From assembly GCA_964016885.1 (NCBI GenBank), contig OZ024741.1, forward strand, positions 111,972,001-112,036,000: a stretch of DNA of 64,000 bases. The letters run 5' to 3'. Below the pieces are notes generated by a model. It worked only from the letters and a program-made list of their open reading frames with translations. It searched no databases and was not told the DNA's origin. The stretch comes from Eledone cirrhosa (taxonomy: Eukaryota). Position numbers and translations under genes: made by a program. The stretch's first letter is position 1. Each line of letters begins with the position of its first letter. Below, one piece after another: positions 33,500 through 48,764 of this stretch.

Positions 33500-34170
33500 A
33501 AATAAGAAGTGGAAAGATTTGTCTCTACATGAAATAAAAATAAAAATATCGGAATGCTATGATAAGTTGCTCAAAACAAGTCTACGTAGTGCTGCTCTTC
33601 ATTAAAATATTTCACAGTCTCTGTTGTGTAAGATTTTGAGAAATAAAATAAAAATCTGACATTGAAAAATCATCACGTACTAACAAGAACATAGATCGAC
33701 AAGATAGTTCGATCTAATGACAACAGTGAAATTGAGTCAGCATTGAAAATCTAGTTTAGTAATCTTCGTGAAGAGAATGTTTCAATTAATGGATCATTGA
33801 TGTGTCAAAAAGCAAGAGAGTTTGCAAAGGAAATTAGTAAAGAAATAATGAAAATTTCACACCAACTGATAGTTGGTTTAACACAAACGTGTTCATAGTG
33901 AGGGAAAAACGTGCTGACTTTTAATCAATCAAAGTATAGATTTAATCAGAGTGGCCAGACACTGCTGATGATGCACCTAAGAATATTTGGAGTAAATGCA
34001 AATAAAAGGCTTTAATTTTGTGCAATGCTTGAACATGGTAATTTGTTTAAAAATAAAAATGCTGAAAGATTTAAATCTTTAAAAAAGCAATTGACAGTTT
34101 CCTGTTGCGAAACGAAACGATAGGAACGAGAGATTCTCGTGATTTGAAAAACGGAAAATCTTTGTTATTT
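33500..34170 (+). pseudogene. Degenerate pogo/Tigger (CENP-B-like) transposase
   Basis: Broken frames give LKISQSLLCKILRNK, ESALKI.FSNLREENVSINGSLMCQKAREFA, FTPTDSWF and KQLTV. Confidence 0.7.
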
Positions 34171-34184
34171 TATGTCGTGAAGAG

Positions 34185-34390
34185 GACGGTGGATTAACAG
34201 AGTCTTCAGAGCGCCGGGAAAACGCTTAGCAGTATTTGTTCCGGCGCTTTACGTTTCGAGTTCAAGTCCCACTGAGCTCAACTTTGCCTTTCATCCTTCT
34301 GGAGTCGATGAAAAGTACCAGTAAAGTACTGGGATAAATTTGACCGACTTTCCGCTTCCCTAGGTTGCTGCCCTTGCCTAATATAGAAAT
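34185..34390 (+). mobile_element. tRNA-derived SINE
   Basis: GAGTTCAAGTCCC B-box plus TTGCCTTTCATCCTT..GTCGAT..AAGTACCAG core. Confidence 0.75.
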
Positions 34391-36088
34391 AATTTTAAGT
34401 GGTGAGGGTTAGGGTTAAACATTTTCAACTTTAAATTTCAATTGCAAAATGGATTTCCCCAATTGATTTCACAGCTCTAGCATCACTTGTTCGTAGTTAG
34501 GCTACGAACTTTTCAGCCGACCCTCGTATACCTTGTTACAGGGAGGTTTTGAATATATATATTTGGGAATTGTTTTAACATGTAAAGCATAGCTTTATTT
34601 TCTTAAATCATTTGCTCTGTTGAGGAACTTGCTTTTGGTGTAACACTTTTCTTAGAAACTGATGAAAATGTTAACTGAATAGGTTACAATAATAATACTA
34701 ATAATAAAAGGAAGTAGGAAAATATATCGGTAAGAAAATATTATGGACAATTATTTTGATCTTTATGAGCTTTATTGCTTCGAAGTAACACAGTTTTCCT
34801 GTATACCTCTCTTCCTGCTTTGTTTCATTAAATCTTATTAATAGTCTTTTTTTTTATAGTTTAGCTCCCTTTTAATGCTGCCAACACACCCACTTACCAT
34901 ATCAAGATTTAAATACCCAACCTTTCTGTAGATTCAAAAGGTAGAAGTAGCTTTCCTCCTTCATTCAGAATTCTTCTTTAAGTGAAGTTACGAGATATCT
35001 TTCTGCAAATATGGACTACACTTAAATATAAGTAGAAGCATAGCATGGAAAACCTAATTAGCTACTAGTTATTTTAGTTGAATTTGTGTGTGCATGTGTG
35101 TTAAGGAGTATACCTGTGTGTATATTTTCTCTGACAGTTTCTATATATCTAGTGTATATGTGAGCGTTTATTTTTGAAGAGGAATTTTACTGAGTTATAT
35201 ATTTTATTCTAATGTATAATTTCGTGCAATTCCCATAAGTAGTGAAGCAGTTGTGAAGAAAGAAATGACAAGTAAGAAAGAGTAAGACAAACAGAGAGAG
35301 ATAGAGACAGAGACAGTTGGAGATAGAGACGGAAAGAGAGAGGGGGGAAGGAGAGGGAGAAGAGAAACAGTCAAAAAGACACACAGAAATAGATAGACTG
35401 ACAGAATGAGAGAGAGAGAGAGGTTGGGTGGGTGGAGGAGAGTAGTATGTGTGTTGATGTGTGGATACATGTGTAAGAAAGACAATGCCTTCAACAGGAA
35501 AACAGTAATATAGATTTTTAACTTAGCTCAAGGTTTTACATTTTTTCGTGGAGAGGGTGTGGTCAATTATATCGACGCCATGTCTTGACTAGTACTTATT
35601 TTATCGATTCTGGTAGGATGAAAAGCTAAATATACCCCAGCGGTGTTTGAACTCAGAACTAAATATACTAAAACACAATGTTCTGTACTCTTCCCATTCT
35701 GCTATCCATCAACCTTAGCAATAATGATTTCTGACAGAATCACAAGGCCATAAATTTGAAGGGAGTGATATAACCTCTACTAGTATTTCACTGGTATTTA
35801 TTTTCTCGGTAGCATTAATTTTTTTTTACAAAGTCAGTTTGTGATACATTTGGTTGGAATGAAGGTATAGACTGTATGCAATAGAGGATTGAGATTCATG
35901 CCTCCTTCTTTAGTTTTGTCTCTTATCTCCTTTATCATCCATCTGGCCTTCACTATTTAAATTGGCCTGCATTTTGCCCACAATTGCAGTTAAATTTTTA
36001 TTTACTTTCTCCAACTAAAAGCGAAATTTCCATTAGTTAAGAATATTTTACGTATGACATTCAGTTCTTCACCTCTCAGTTTAGTTAG

Positions 36089-36268
36089 CAGACCTACCAA
36101 CCTCTAAAAACCCAAACGGAGAGAACCATGAAAAAAATGTGCCCCAAAACGGATAGAAATGAGGCAAAATGGGGAGAATTTACATAATGAAAGCAATACG
36201 ACTTCTCTCACTCACCCCGAAGCGGGTGGGAGATCTCCCCCGCCGGACGGAGAGAGCTGATAGGTGTG
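36089..36268. mobile_element. Possible short non-autonomous DNA transposon (hAT-like MITE)
   Basis: Imperfect terminal inverted repeats CAGACCTACCAAC / GCTGATAGGTGTG. No clean TSD. Confidence 0.4.
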
Positions 36269-37016
36269 AATTAGTCAAATTCATGCTTTGGATTATTTTA
36301 TTTATTTCCATTGGTTCATTTTATTTTATAAAGTTTACATTTTAAACTCAAAAAATCGAAAACTAAAAAGAAATCAACAAAAAACACTGTATTGCTAAAT
36401 ACCTTTGAAGTAAATCGATTAAATCAACCCCAGTATTTGACTGATATTTTAATTTAACCACCCCATATTGATGAAAAGCAAATTTGAACTCGGTCGAACT
36501 TGAGATTAGAACGTAAATAGTCATAATTAGATACCGCAAGGTATTGTGTCTAACGCACTTCCAATTCATTTAACGTCATATCGAATGTAAGATTATTTAA
36601 TCATGGATCTGTTTGATACAGCGAAGGCAATGTTTAGTGCCTGTCTCGTGAATGTGTGCAACTTCTAGAGACATTTATCTTGCTTCTTAAGGAAAGAAAA
36701 TGTTAAATAAATAACAGCTAACCAATTTTGAAGCCGTATGCACGTTTTTGTTTGTGTGTTTATCTATATGGGAGTGTGTGTGTATATGTGAGCATCTATG
36801 TATTTGTATGTATGTGTGCGTTTGAACGCATTTGTCGATGCATAGAATTGTGTGCGTATGTTCGTATGTGCAATCGGTTGTGTGTGTGTGTGTGTATATA
36901 TATGTATATGTGCGTGAATGTGTTTGATTGGATGAATATTTGAATTTGTTCATTTTTGTTGTAGTTCTTTCGTTTCTGTCGTCACTTCCATCCGGTAAAG
37001 TGCAGATGTTGAAATA

Positions 37017-37089
<73 letters not shown>

Positions 37090-37444
37090 ACACACATATA
37101 TATGTATGTGTGCCTGTGTGTGTATGTCTATGCGTGTGCGTGCATGTGTATACATGTATATGTTTATATATACACGTATATATATATATATATTAGTACA
37201 TAGAAAAATAGGCATTATTTGATAAATTCTTTCTTAAAGAAAATATCACTTCTGCATATATCTGTTGAGTTTTCTCAGTACGAAATAGAGTTAGAGAAAA
37301 ATGTATTGTGGCAACTGCATTTTATAAGTTTCTGAGTATACTTAATCCGAATAAAACTGGAATCCTAATCAGAAAAAAAATCTAATCACTTTAATTAAGC
37401 GAAACTTATAAAGTCCACTTCAACCAGTGAGAGAAATAAAATTA

Positions 37445-37620
37445 AAGGCAGTATCGGTAAAGGGTCGGACATGCTTTCCAGCGTAGTTACGTCCCTTTAC
37501 GATCTGAGTTCAAATCTCGCTGAGGTTGACTTTGCCTTTCATCCTTATGGGGTCGATAAAATAAAGTACCAGTAATGCACTGGGTAATTGCTGGCCTTGT
37601 GCCAAAAAGTAGAAACAATT
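37445..37620 (+). mobile_element. tRNA-derived SINE
   Basis: GAGTTCAAATCTC plus the same core and a GCTGGCCTTGTGCC..GAAACAATT tail. Confidence 0.78.
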
Positions 37621-38039
37621 ATTACGTAAAACAACGAAAAAATACAAATGAGTTTTAACTATTTTATTGAGAAACGATACTTAAGTTTTTAATTTCGAAA
37701 TGTTGATGGTTTTTTTTTTTTTGTATGGTTTCCAAAGGATTGAAGTAATAGTTGTGGTTATTGTTGTTGTTGTTGTTGTAGTTACTGATATCGTTATAGC
37801 TGTTGTCTTTGTTGTTGCTGTCATCATTATTGTTGTTTTCCTTATTGTTGTTGTTGGTGTTGTGATTTTGAATTTTCAAATATAAATATATTTTATTGAA
37901 ATTTGTAGCTGAAAGACTGAACGTAAAAAAATATGAATACCCGCATGAAAAAACAAAGGGAAATAAGATTCAAAAATAAAAACTAACACAAATAAATCCC
38001 AACCACTATACACAAAAATACAGAATTGAAATAAAGCAA

Positions 38040-38195
38040 CGAAGTTACAATAATAACAATAAGAACAACAGCAGCTACAAAAGGAGCAACAACAACAACA
38101 GCAGCAACAACAGTAGATATAAAAGCAGCAGCAACAACAACAGAAACAACAACAGCAGCAAGAAAAGCAGCAGCAACAACAGCAACAACAACAGT

Positions 38196-38229
<34 letters not shown>

Positions 38230-39535
38230 GCAGCAACAACAGCAGCTACAAAAGCAGCTACAACAACAACAGCAACAACAACAGCAACAACAACAGCAAC
38301 AACAACAGCAGTACAATAACAATAACAACAACAATATAACAACAATAACAATGGCTGCAACAACAACAATAGCAAGAGCGACAATAATATCAACAAGAGT
38401 AACAATAAAAACAACACAAAACCAAACTACAAGAACGATAACAACAGAAATCACTTTAGCAACAACACCACCGCTACTACCACCACCACGACCACCACCA
38501 CCACTACTACCACCACGGCCACCACCACCGCTACTACCACATCCACGACCACCACCACCACCACTACCACCAGCACCACCGCTACTACCACCACCACCAC
38601 CACCACCACCACCACTACTACCACCACCACCACCACTACCACCACTACTACCACCACCACGACGACCACCACCACCACCACTACTACCACGACGACGACG
38701 ACCACCACCGCCACTACTACCACCACGGCCACCACCACCGCTACTACCACCACCACCACCACTACCACCACCACCACCACTACCACCACTACTACCACCA
38801 CCACCACCACCACTACCACCACCACGACCACCGCTACTACCACCACCACCACCACCACTACTACCACGACGACGACCACCACCACCGCCACTACTACCAC
38901 CACGGCCACCACCACCACTACAACCACCACCACCACCACTACCACCACCACCACTACCACCACTACTACCACCACCACCACCACCACTACCACCACCACG
39001 ACCACCACCACGACCACCACTACTACCACCACCACCACTACCACCACCACGACAACCACCACCACCACTACTACCAGCACGACGACGACCACCACCACCA
39101 CTACTACTACCACGACGACGACCACCACCACTACCACCACCACGACCACCACCACTACCACTACCACCACCACGACGACCACCACCACCACTACTACCAC
39201 CACGACCACCACAACCACCACAACCACCACTACTACCACCACGACCACCACCACCACTACTACCACCACGACCACCACCACTACTACCACCACGACCACC
39301 ACTATAACCACGACCACCATCACCACCACCACCACCACCACCACAACGACGACGACGACCACCACCACCACCACCACCACTACTACCACCACGACCACCA
39401 CCACCACCACTACTACCACCACGACCACCACGACCACCACCACCACTACTACCACCACGACCACCACGATCACCACGACCACCACCACGAACACCACCAC
39501 CACCACCACTACCACCACGACCACCACTACTACTA
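38040..39535. repeat. Degenerate (CAA/CAG)n followed by (ACC/ACT/ACG)n trinucleotide array
   Basis: Directly visible. Confidence 0.92.
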
Positions 39536-39871
39536 TAATGAAGATTATTAGTCGCTGCAAGTGTTAGTAGATTCAGAAGGCATAAAATAACGACGAAATC
39601 CATTATAAATATGTAATTCCGTTTATTTGTGGAATAAGCATAGAATTAGAATAACGACAAGAAATGGTTGATCTGTATCGAAGAATTGACGTGTTGACGC
39701 GAGCAAGTATTTCCGGAGACCCAATTTTCTTTGAGTTCACTTACGTTATCTGGTCTAAGTAGTCCAGTAACTCGTATCGCTCCGCCGAAGGTTTTGATTG
39801 GCTCACACTTCAGCCAATTTACCTCCGTAACATAATTCTTCCGCAGAAGGAAAATACATTTAATTATAAAG

Positions 39872-40180
39872 TACGACGACCACCACCACCACTACTACCA
39901 CCACGACCACGACCACCACCACTACCACCATCACGACCACCACCACCATCACAACTACCACCACCACCACCACCACCAATACTACCACCACGACGACCAC
40001 CACCACCACTACTACCATCACGACCATAACTAGCACTACTACCACCACCACGACCACCACCACCATCACATCAAACACCACCACCACCACATCAAACACC
40101 ACCACCACCATCACAACTACCACTACTACTACCAACAACAATAACACTATCGCCGCCACAAACAACGTCAACAACAACAA
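39872..40180. repeat. Degenerate (ACC)n tract
   Basis: Directly visible. Confidence 0.9.
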
Positions 40181-40187
40181 CTCAGGA

Positions 40188-43100
40188 ACACCATCACCAC
40201 CACCATCACCACCACCAATACCACCAACAACACAGCAGCAACACCACCACCATCACCACCACCAATACCACCGACAACAACACAGCAGCAACACCACCAC
40301 CATCACCACCACCAATACCACCGACAACAACACAGCAGCAACACCACCACCATCACCACCACCAATACCACCAACAACACACAGCAACACCACCACCATC
40401 ACCACCACCAATACCACCGACAACAACACAGCAGCATCACCACCACCATAACCACCACCAATACCACCAACAACACAGCAGCAACACCACCACCATCACC
40501 ACCACCAATACCACCGACAACACAGCAGCAACACCACCACCACCACCACCACCAATACCACCGACAACAACACAGCAGCAACACCACCACCATCACCACC
40601 ACCAATACCACCGACAACAACACAGCAGCATCACCACCACCATCACCACCACCAATACCACCAACAACACAGCAGCAACACCACCACCATCACCACCACC
40701 AATACCACCGACAACAACACAGCAGCAACACCACCACCATCACCACCACCAATACCACCGACAACCCACAGCAACACCACCACCATCACCACCACCAATA
40801 CCACCGACAACACAGCAGCAACACCACCACCATCACCACCACCAATACCACCGACAACAACACAGCAGCAACACCACCACCATCACCACCACCAATACCA
40901 CCGACAACCCACAGCAACACCACCACCATCACCACCACCAATACCACCGACAACACAGCAGCAACACCACCACCATCACCACCACCAATACCACCGACAA
41001 CAACACAGCAGCAACACCACCACCATCACCACCACCAATACCACCGACAACCCACAGCAACACCACCACCATCACCACCACCAATACCACCAACAACACA
41101 GCAGCAACACCACCACCATCACCACCACCAATACCACCGACAACCCACAGCAACACCACCACCATCACCACCACCAATACCACCGACAACACAGCAGCAA
41201 CACCACCACCATCACCACCACCAATACCACCAACAACACAGCAGCAACACCACCACCATCACCACCACCAATACCACCGACAACAACACAGCAGCAACAC
41301 CACCACCATCACCACCACCAATACCACCAACAACACAGCAGCAACATCACCACCATCACCACCACCAATACCACCAACAACACAGCAGCAACACCACCAC
41401 CATCACCACCACCAATACCACCGACAACAACACAGCAGCAACACCACCACCACCATCACCACCACCAATACCACCGACAACAACACAGCAGCAACACCAC
41501 CACCATCAACACCACCAATACCACCGACAACAACACAGCAGCAACACCACCACCATCACCACCACCAATACCACCAACAACACAGCAGCAACATCACCAC
41601 CATCACCACCACCAATACCACCAACAACACAGCAACAACACCACCACCATCACCACCACCAATACCACCAACAACACAGCAGCAACATCACCACCATCAC
41701 CACCACCAATACCACCAACAACACAGCAACAACACCACCACCATCACCACCACCAATACCACCAACAACACAGCAGCAACACCACCACCATCACCACCAC
41801 CAATACCACCGACAACAACACAGCAGCAACACCACCACCATCACCACCACCAATACCACCAACAACACAGCAGCAACATCACCACCATCACCACCACCAA
41901 TACCACCAACAACACAGCAGCAACACCACCACCATCACCACCACCAATACCACCAACAACACAGCAGCAACACCACCACCATCACCACCACCAATACCAC
42001 CGACAACAACACAGCAGCAACACCACCACCATCACCACCACCAATACCACCAACAACACAGCAGCAACATCACCACAATCACCACCACCAATACCACCAA
42101 CAACACAGCAACAACACCACCACCATCACCACCACCAATACCACCAACAACACAGCAGCAACACCACCACCATCACCACCACCAATACCACCAACAACAA
42201 CACAGCAGCAACACCACCACCATCACCACCACCAATACCACCAACAACAACACAGCAGCAACACCACCACCATCACCACCACCAATACCACCAACAACAA
42301 CATAGCAACAACACCACCACCATCACCACCACCAATACCACCGACAACAACACAGCAGCAACACCACCACCACCATCACCACCACCAATACCACCGACAA
42401 CAACACAGCAGCAACACCACCACCATCACCACCACCAATACCACCAACAACACAGCAGCAACACCACCACCATCACCACCACCAATACCACCGACAACAA
42501 CACATCAGCAACACCACCACCATCACCACCACCAATACCACCAACAACACAGCAACAACACCACCACCATCACCACCACCAATACCACCGACAACAACAC
42601 AACAGCAACACCACCACCATCACCACCACCAATACCACCAACAACACAGCAGCAACACCACCACCATCACCACCACCAATACCACCGACAACACAGCAGC
42701 AACACCACCACCATCACCACCACCAATACCACCGACAACAACACATCATCAACACCACCACCATCACCACCACCAATACCACCGACAACAACACAGCAGC
42801 AACACCACCACCATCACCACCACCAATACCACCGACAACAACACAGCAGCATCACCACCACCATCACCACCACCAATACCACCGACAACAACACAGCAGC
42901 AACACCACCACCATCACCACCACCAATACCACCGACAACAACACATCAGCAACACCACCACCATCACCACCACCAATACCACCGACAACAACACATCAGC
43001 AACACCACCACCATCACCATCACCAATACCACCGATAACAACACAGCAGCAACACCACCACCATCACCACCACCAATACCACCGACAACAACACATCAGC

Positions 43101-46100
43101 AACACCACCACCATCACCACCACCAATACCACCAACAACACAGCAACAACACCACCACCATCACCACCACCAATACCACCGACAACAACACATCAGCAAC
43201 ACCACCACCATCACCACCACCAATACCACCAACAACACAGCAGCAACACCACCACCATCACCACCACCAATACCACCAACAACACAGCAACAACACGACC
43301 ACCATCACCACCACCAATACCACCGACAACAACACAGCAGCAACACCACCACCATCACCACCACCAATACCACCAACAACAACACATCAGCAACACCACC
43401 ACCATCACCACCACCAATACCACCGACAACAACACAGCAGCAACACCACCACCATTACCACCACCAATACCACCGACAACAACACATCAGCAACACCACC
43501 ACCATCACCACCACCAATACCACCAACAACACAGCAGCAACACCACCACCATCACCACCACCAATACCACCGACAACAACACAGCAGCAACACCACCACC
43601 ATCACCACCACCAATACCACCAACAACAACACAGCAGCAACACCACCACCATCACCACCACCAATACCACCGACAACAACACAGCAGCAACACCACCACC
43701 ATCACCACCACCAATACCACCGACAACAACACATCAGCAACACCACCACCATCACCACCACCAATACCACCAACAACACAGCAGCAACACCACCACCATC
43801 ACCACCACCAATACCACCGACAACAACACATCAGCAACACCACCACCATCACCACCACCAATACCACCGACAACAACACAGCAGCAACACCACCACCATC
43901 ACCACCACCAATACCACCGACAACAACACACCAGCAACACCACCACCATCACCACCACCAATACCACCAACAACACAGCAGCAACACCACCACCATCACC
44001 ACCACCAATACCACCGACAACAACACATCAGCAACACCACCACCATCACCACCACCAATACCACCAACAACAACACAGCAGCAACACCACCACCATCACC
44101 ACCACCAATACCACCGACAACAACACATCAGCAACACCACCACCATCACCACCACCAATACCACCAACAACACAGCAGCAACACCACCACCATCACCACC
44201 ACCAATACCACCGACAACAACACATCAGCAACACCACCACCATCACCACCACCAATACCACCGACAACAACACAGCAGCAACACCACCACCATCACCACC
44301 ACCAATACCACCAACAACACAGCAGCAACACCACCACCATCACCACCACCAATACCACCGACAACACAGCAGCAACACCACCACCATCACCACCACCAAT
44401 ACCACCGACAACAACACAGCAGCAACACCACCACCATCACCACCACCAATACCACCGACAACAACACAGCAGCATCACCACCACCATCACCACCACCAAT
44501 ACCACCAACAACACAGCAGCAACACCACCACCATCACCACCACCAATACCACCGACAACACATCAGCAACACCAGCACCATCACCACCACCAATACCACC
44601 GACAACAACACAGCAGCAACACCACCACCATCACCACCACCAATACCACCGACAACAACACAGCAGCATCACCACCACCACCATCACCACCACCAATACC
44701 ACCAAGAACACAGCAGCAACACCACCACCATCACCACCACCAATACCACCGACAACACAGCAGCAACACCACCACCACCATCACCACCACCAATACCACC
44801 GACAACAACACAGCAGCAACACCACCACCAATACCACCGACAACACAGCAGCAACACCACCATCATCACCACCACCAATACCACTGACAACACAGCAGCA
44901 TCACCACCACCATCACCACCACCAATACCACCAACAACACAGCAACAACACCACCACCATCACCACCACCAATACCACCGACAACAACACAGCAGCAACA
45001 CCACCACCATAACCACCACCAATACCACCAACAACAACACAGCAGCAACACCACCACCATCACCACCACCAATACCACCGACAACAACATAGCAGCAACA
45101 CCAGCACCATCACCACCACCAATACCACCGACAACAACACAGCAGCAACACCACCACCATCACCACCACCATCACCACCACCAATACCACCAACAACAAC
45201 ACTGCAGCAACACCACCACCATCACCACCACCAATACCACCGACAACAACATAGCAGCAACACCAGCACCATCACCACCACCAATACCACCGACAACAAC
45301 ACAGCAGCAACACCACCACCGTCACCACCACCATCACCACCACCAATACCACCAACAACAACATAGCAGCAACACCAGCACCATCACCACCACCAATACC
45401 ACCGACAACAACACAGCAGCAACACCACCACCGTCACCAGCACCATCACCACCACCAATACCACCAACAACAACACAGCAGCAACACCACGACCATCACC
45501 ACCACCAATACCACCAACAACAACACAGCAGCAACACCACCACCATCACCACCACCAATACCACCGACAACAACACAGCAGCAACACCACCACCGTCACC
45601 ACCACCATCACCACCACCAATACTACCAACAACAACACAGCAGCAACACCACCACCATCACCACCACCAATACCACCAACAACAACACAGCAGCAACACC
45701 ACCACCGTCACCACCACCATCACCACCACCAATACCACCAACAACAACACAGCAGCAACACCACCACCATCACCACCACCAATACCACCAACAACAACAC
45801 AGCAGCAACACCACCACCGTCACCACCACCATCACCACCACCAATACCACCAACAACAACACAGCAGCAACACCACCACCATCACCACCACCAATACCAC
45901 CAACAACAACACAGCAGCAACACCAGCACCATCACCACCACCAATACCACCGACAACAACACAGCAGCAACACCACCACCGTCACCACCACCATCACCAC
46001 CACCAATACCACCAACAACAACACAGCAGCAACACCACCACCATCACCACCACCAATACCACCAACAACAACATAGCAGCAACACCACCACCATCACCAC

Positions 46101-47828
46101 CACCAATACCACCGACAACAACACAGCAGCAACACCACCACCGTCACCACCACCATCACCACCACCAATACCACCAACAACAACACAGCAGCAACACCAC
46201 CACCACCATCACCACCACCAATACCACCAACAACAACACAGCAGCAACACCACCACCATCACCACCACCAATACCACCAACAACAACATAGCAGCAACAC
46301 CACCACCATCACCACCACCAATACCACCGACAACAACACAGCAGCAACACCACCACCGTCACCACCACCATCACCACCACCAATACCTCCAACAACAACA
46401 CAGCAGCAACACCACCACCATCACCACCACCAATACCACCGACAACACAGCAGCAACACCACCACCATCACCACCACCAATACCACCAACAACAACACAG
46501 CAGCAACACCACCACCATCACCACCACCAATACCACCGACAACAACACAGCAGCAACACCACCACCATCACCACCACCAATACCACCGACAACAACACAG
46601 CAGCAACACCACCACCATCACCACCACCAATACCACCGACAACAACACCGCAGCAACACCACCACCATCACCACCACCAATAACACCGACAACAACACCG
46701 CAGCAACACCACCACCATCACCACCACCAATACCACCAACAACACAGCAGCAACACCACCACCAATACCACCGACAACACAGCAACAACACCACCACCAC
46801 CATCACCACCACCAATACCACCAACAGCACATCAGCAACACCACCAATACCACCAACAACACAGCAGCAACACCACCAATACCACCGACAACACAGCAAC
46901 AACACCACCACCACCATCACCACCACCAATACCACCGACAACAACACCGCAGCAACACCACCACCATCACCACCACCAATACCACCGACAACACAGCAAC
47001 AACACCACCACCAATACCAGCGACAACACAGCAGCAACACCACCACCATCACCACCACCAATACCACCGACAACAACACAGCAGCAACACCACCACCATC
47101 AACACCATCAATACCACCGACAACACAGCAACAACACCGACAACAACACAGCAACAACACCACCACCATCACCACCACCAATACCACCGACAACAACACA
47201 GCAGCAACACCACCACCACCAACACCAATACCACCGACAACAACACAGCAGCAACACCACCACCATCACCGCCACCAATACCACCGACAACAACACAGCA
47301 GCAACACCACCACCATCACCACCACCAATACCACCAACAACCCACAGCAACACCAGCACCATCACCACCACCAATACCACCGACAACAACACAGCAGCAA
47401 CACCACCACCATCACCACCACCAATACCACCGACAACAACACCACCACCATCACCACCACCAATACCACCAACAACACAGCAGCAACACCACCACCATCA
47501 CCACCACCAATACCACCAACAACACATCAGCAACACCACCACCATCACCACCACCAATACCACCGACAACAACACATCAGCAACACCACCACCATCACCA
47601 CCACCACCAATACCACCGACAACAACATCGCAGCAACACCACCACCATCACCACCACCAATACCACCAACAACACAGCAACAACACCACCACCATCACCA
47701 CCACCAATACCACCGACAACAACACCGCAGCAACACCACCACCATCACCACCACCAATACCACCGACAACAACACAGCAGCAACACCACCACCATCACCA
47801 CCACCAATACCACCGACAACAACACCGC
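40188..47828. repeat. 7.6-kb minisatellite, 50-bp unit (44/47/53/62-bp variants), roughly 150-160 units
   Basis: Consensus ACACCACCACCATCACCACCACCAATACCACCGACAACAACACAGCAGCA. Confidence 0.95.
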
Positions 47829-48142
47829 TAGTCGAATGCGGTTCGTTTGACTTTCTGAATGGTATGCCTAATTTCAAAATTGCCTTGAATTGTTTAGTAG
47901 TACACAGTCCACTATTAGAAAAAAGTTTCCCATGCCAAATCTAGATTCTGAAAATAAATATTTTCATGTCATGTTTGCGGCTGAAACTGCAGAGCAAGGA
48001 TTGGGATGTAAATGTATCAAAGGATCAGCACTTGAAGATGGACATAATCGAATTCGATACAAAACCACAAGTATGTATGTATGTATGTATGTATGTATGT
48101 ATGCATGTATGTATGTATGTATGTATGTATGTATGTATGTAT

Positions 48143-48747
48143 GTCAGGTCACCAGTTGGTGCTACTGGTAATATATATCCCAGTAGAACCTGTCTCATGG
48201 TCGGGTCGTTGGCGACTAAACTGGCAACCCCACCAAGGTTTCTTGGTGAGGAGGGTGACTTTGGACATCCTGCAGGACTAAAAACAAAACCTGTCAAAGG
48301 GCAAAGGAGCTCTTAAGAGTCAATGACCATCCAAAATTCACGGGAGAGATGACCCCTTAGCCTTTGTCAAGGCAGAATTCTAGGAGAAGGAAAACTCTGA
48401 TATAAAACCTACAACCCTGATGGTATCCAATGATGTTGACTTGTTCTTCTTTTTGGTTAATATCATCTTGGTTAAGAGAGTGGGACTGGCTTTGTGCAGT
48501 GCTTTTGCTCACTATAAAAGCTTCACGGCACAGGCATTGTTTTATATCTGGAGATCTCTCTGCACTTGTCGTCACATGATGGGCCCAGCACTATGTGTCA
48601 ATAATTGTCACAAGTGTAGTGTTTGTACCAGAGTTTTCAAGTCCCTGGTTGGACTAAAAAGTCACACTTGTTCAGCGCATCAGTAGAGGTTCTCCTACAT
48701 GGATATAAAGTAGTGGCCGTACTCGAAAACGAGTTGGCAGTCACCAT
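48143..48747 (+). mobile_element. Short non-autonomous RTE-like element (5'UTR joined to 3' end), in (TATG)n
   Basis: Structured leader ending GGAGAAGGAAAACTCTGATATAAAACC (recalled as an RTE 5'UTR-type motif). 3' part encodes CSVCTRVFKSLVGLKSH, a C-terminal zinc finger. (TATG)n on both sides. Confidence 0.65.
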
Positions 48748-48764
48748 GTATGTATGTATGTATG

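Noticed and set aside
34890-35005. Possible minus-strand host exon ending at a GTAAGT donor
   Set aside because: The longer candidate exon has stops in all three frames, and the 28-bp alternative is too short to support
38351-39560. Extensin-like poly-Pro and poly-Val ORFs
   Set aside because: Alternative frames of the same (ACC)n array
40188-47828. CRISPR array or telomeric repeat
   Set aside because: No unique spacers, eukaryotic context, and no TTAGGG-type units
47890-48171. 93-aa ORF next to the minisatellite
   Set aside because: Non-ATG start, no recognisable motif, and it runs into (TATG)n
48143-48270. Twister or canonical HDV ribozyme in the RTE-like leader
   Set aside because: A GAGGG next to a closing stem is present, but the twister UAA and GUCCCAAGCCC elements and the HDV helix order could not be fitted
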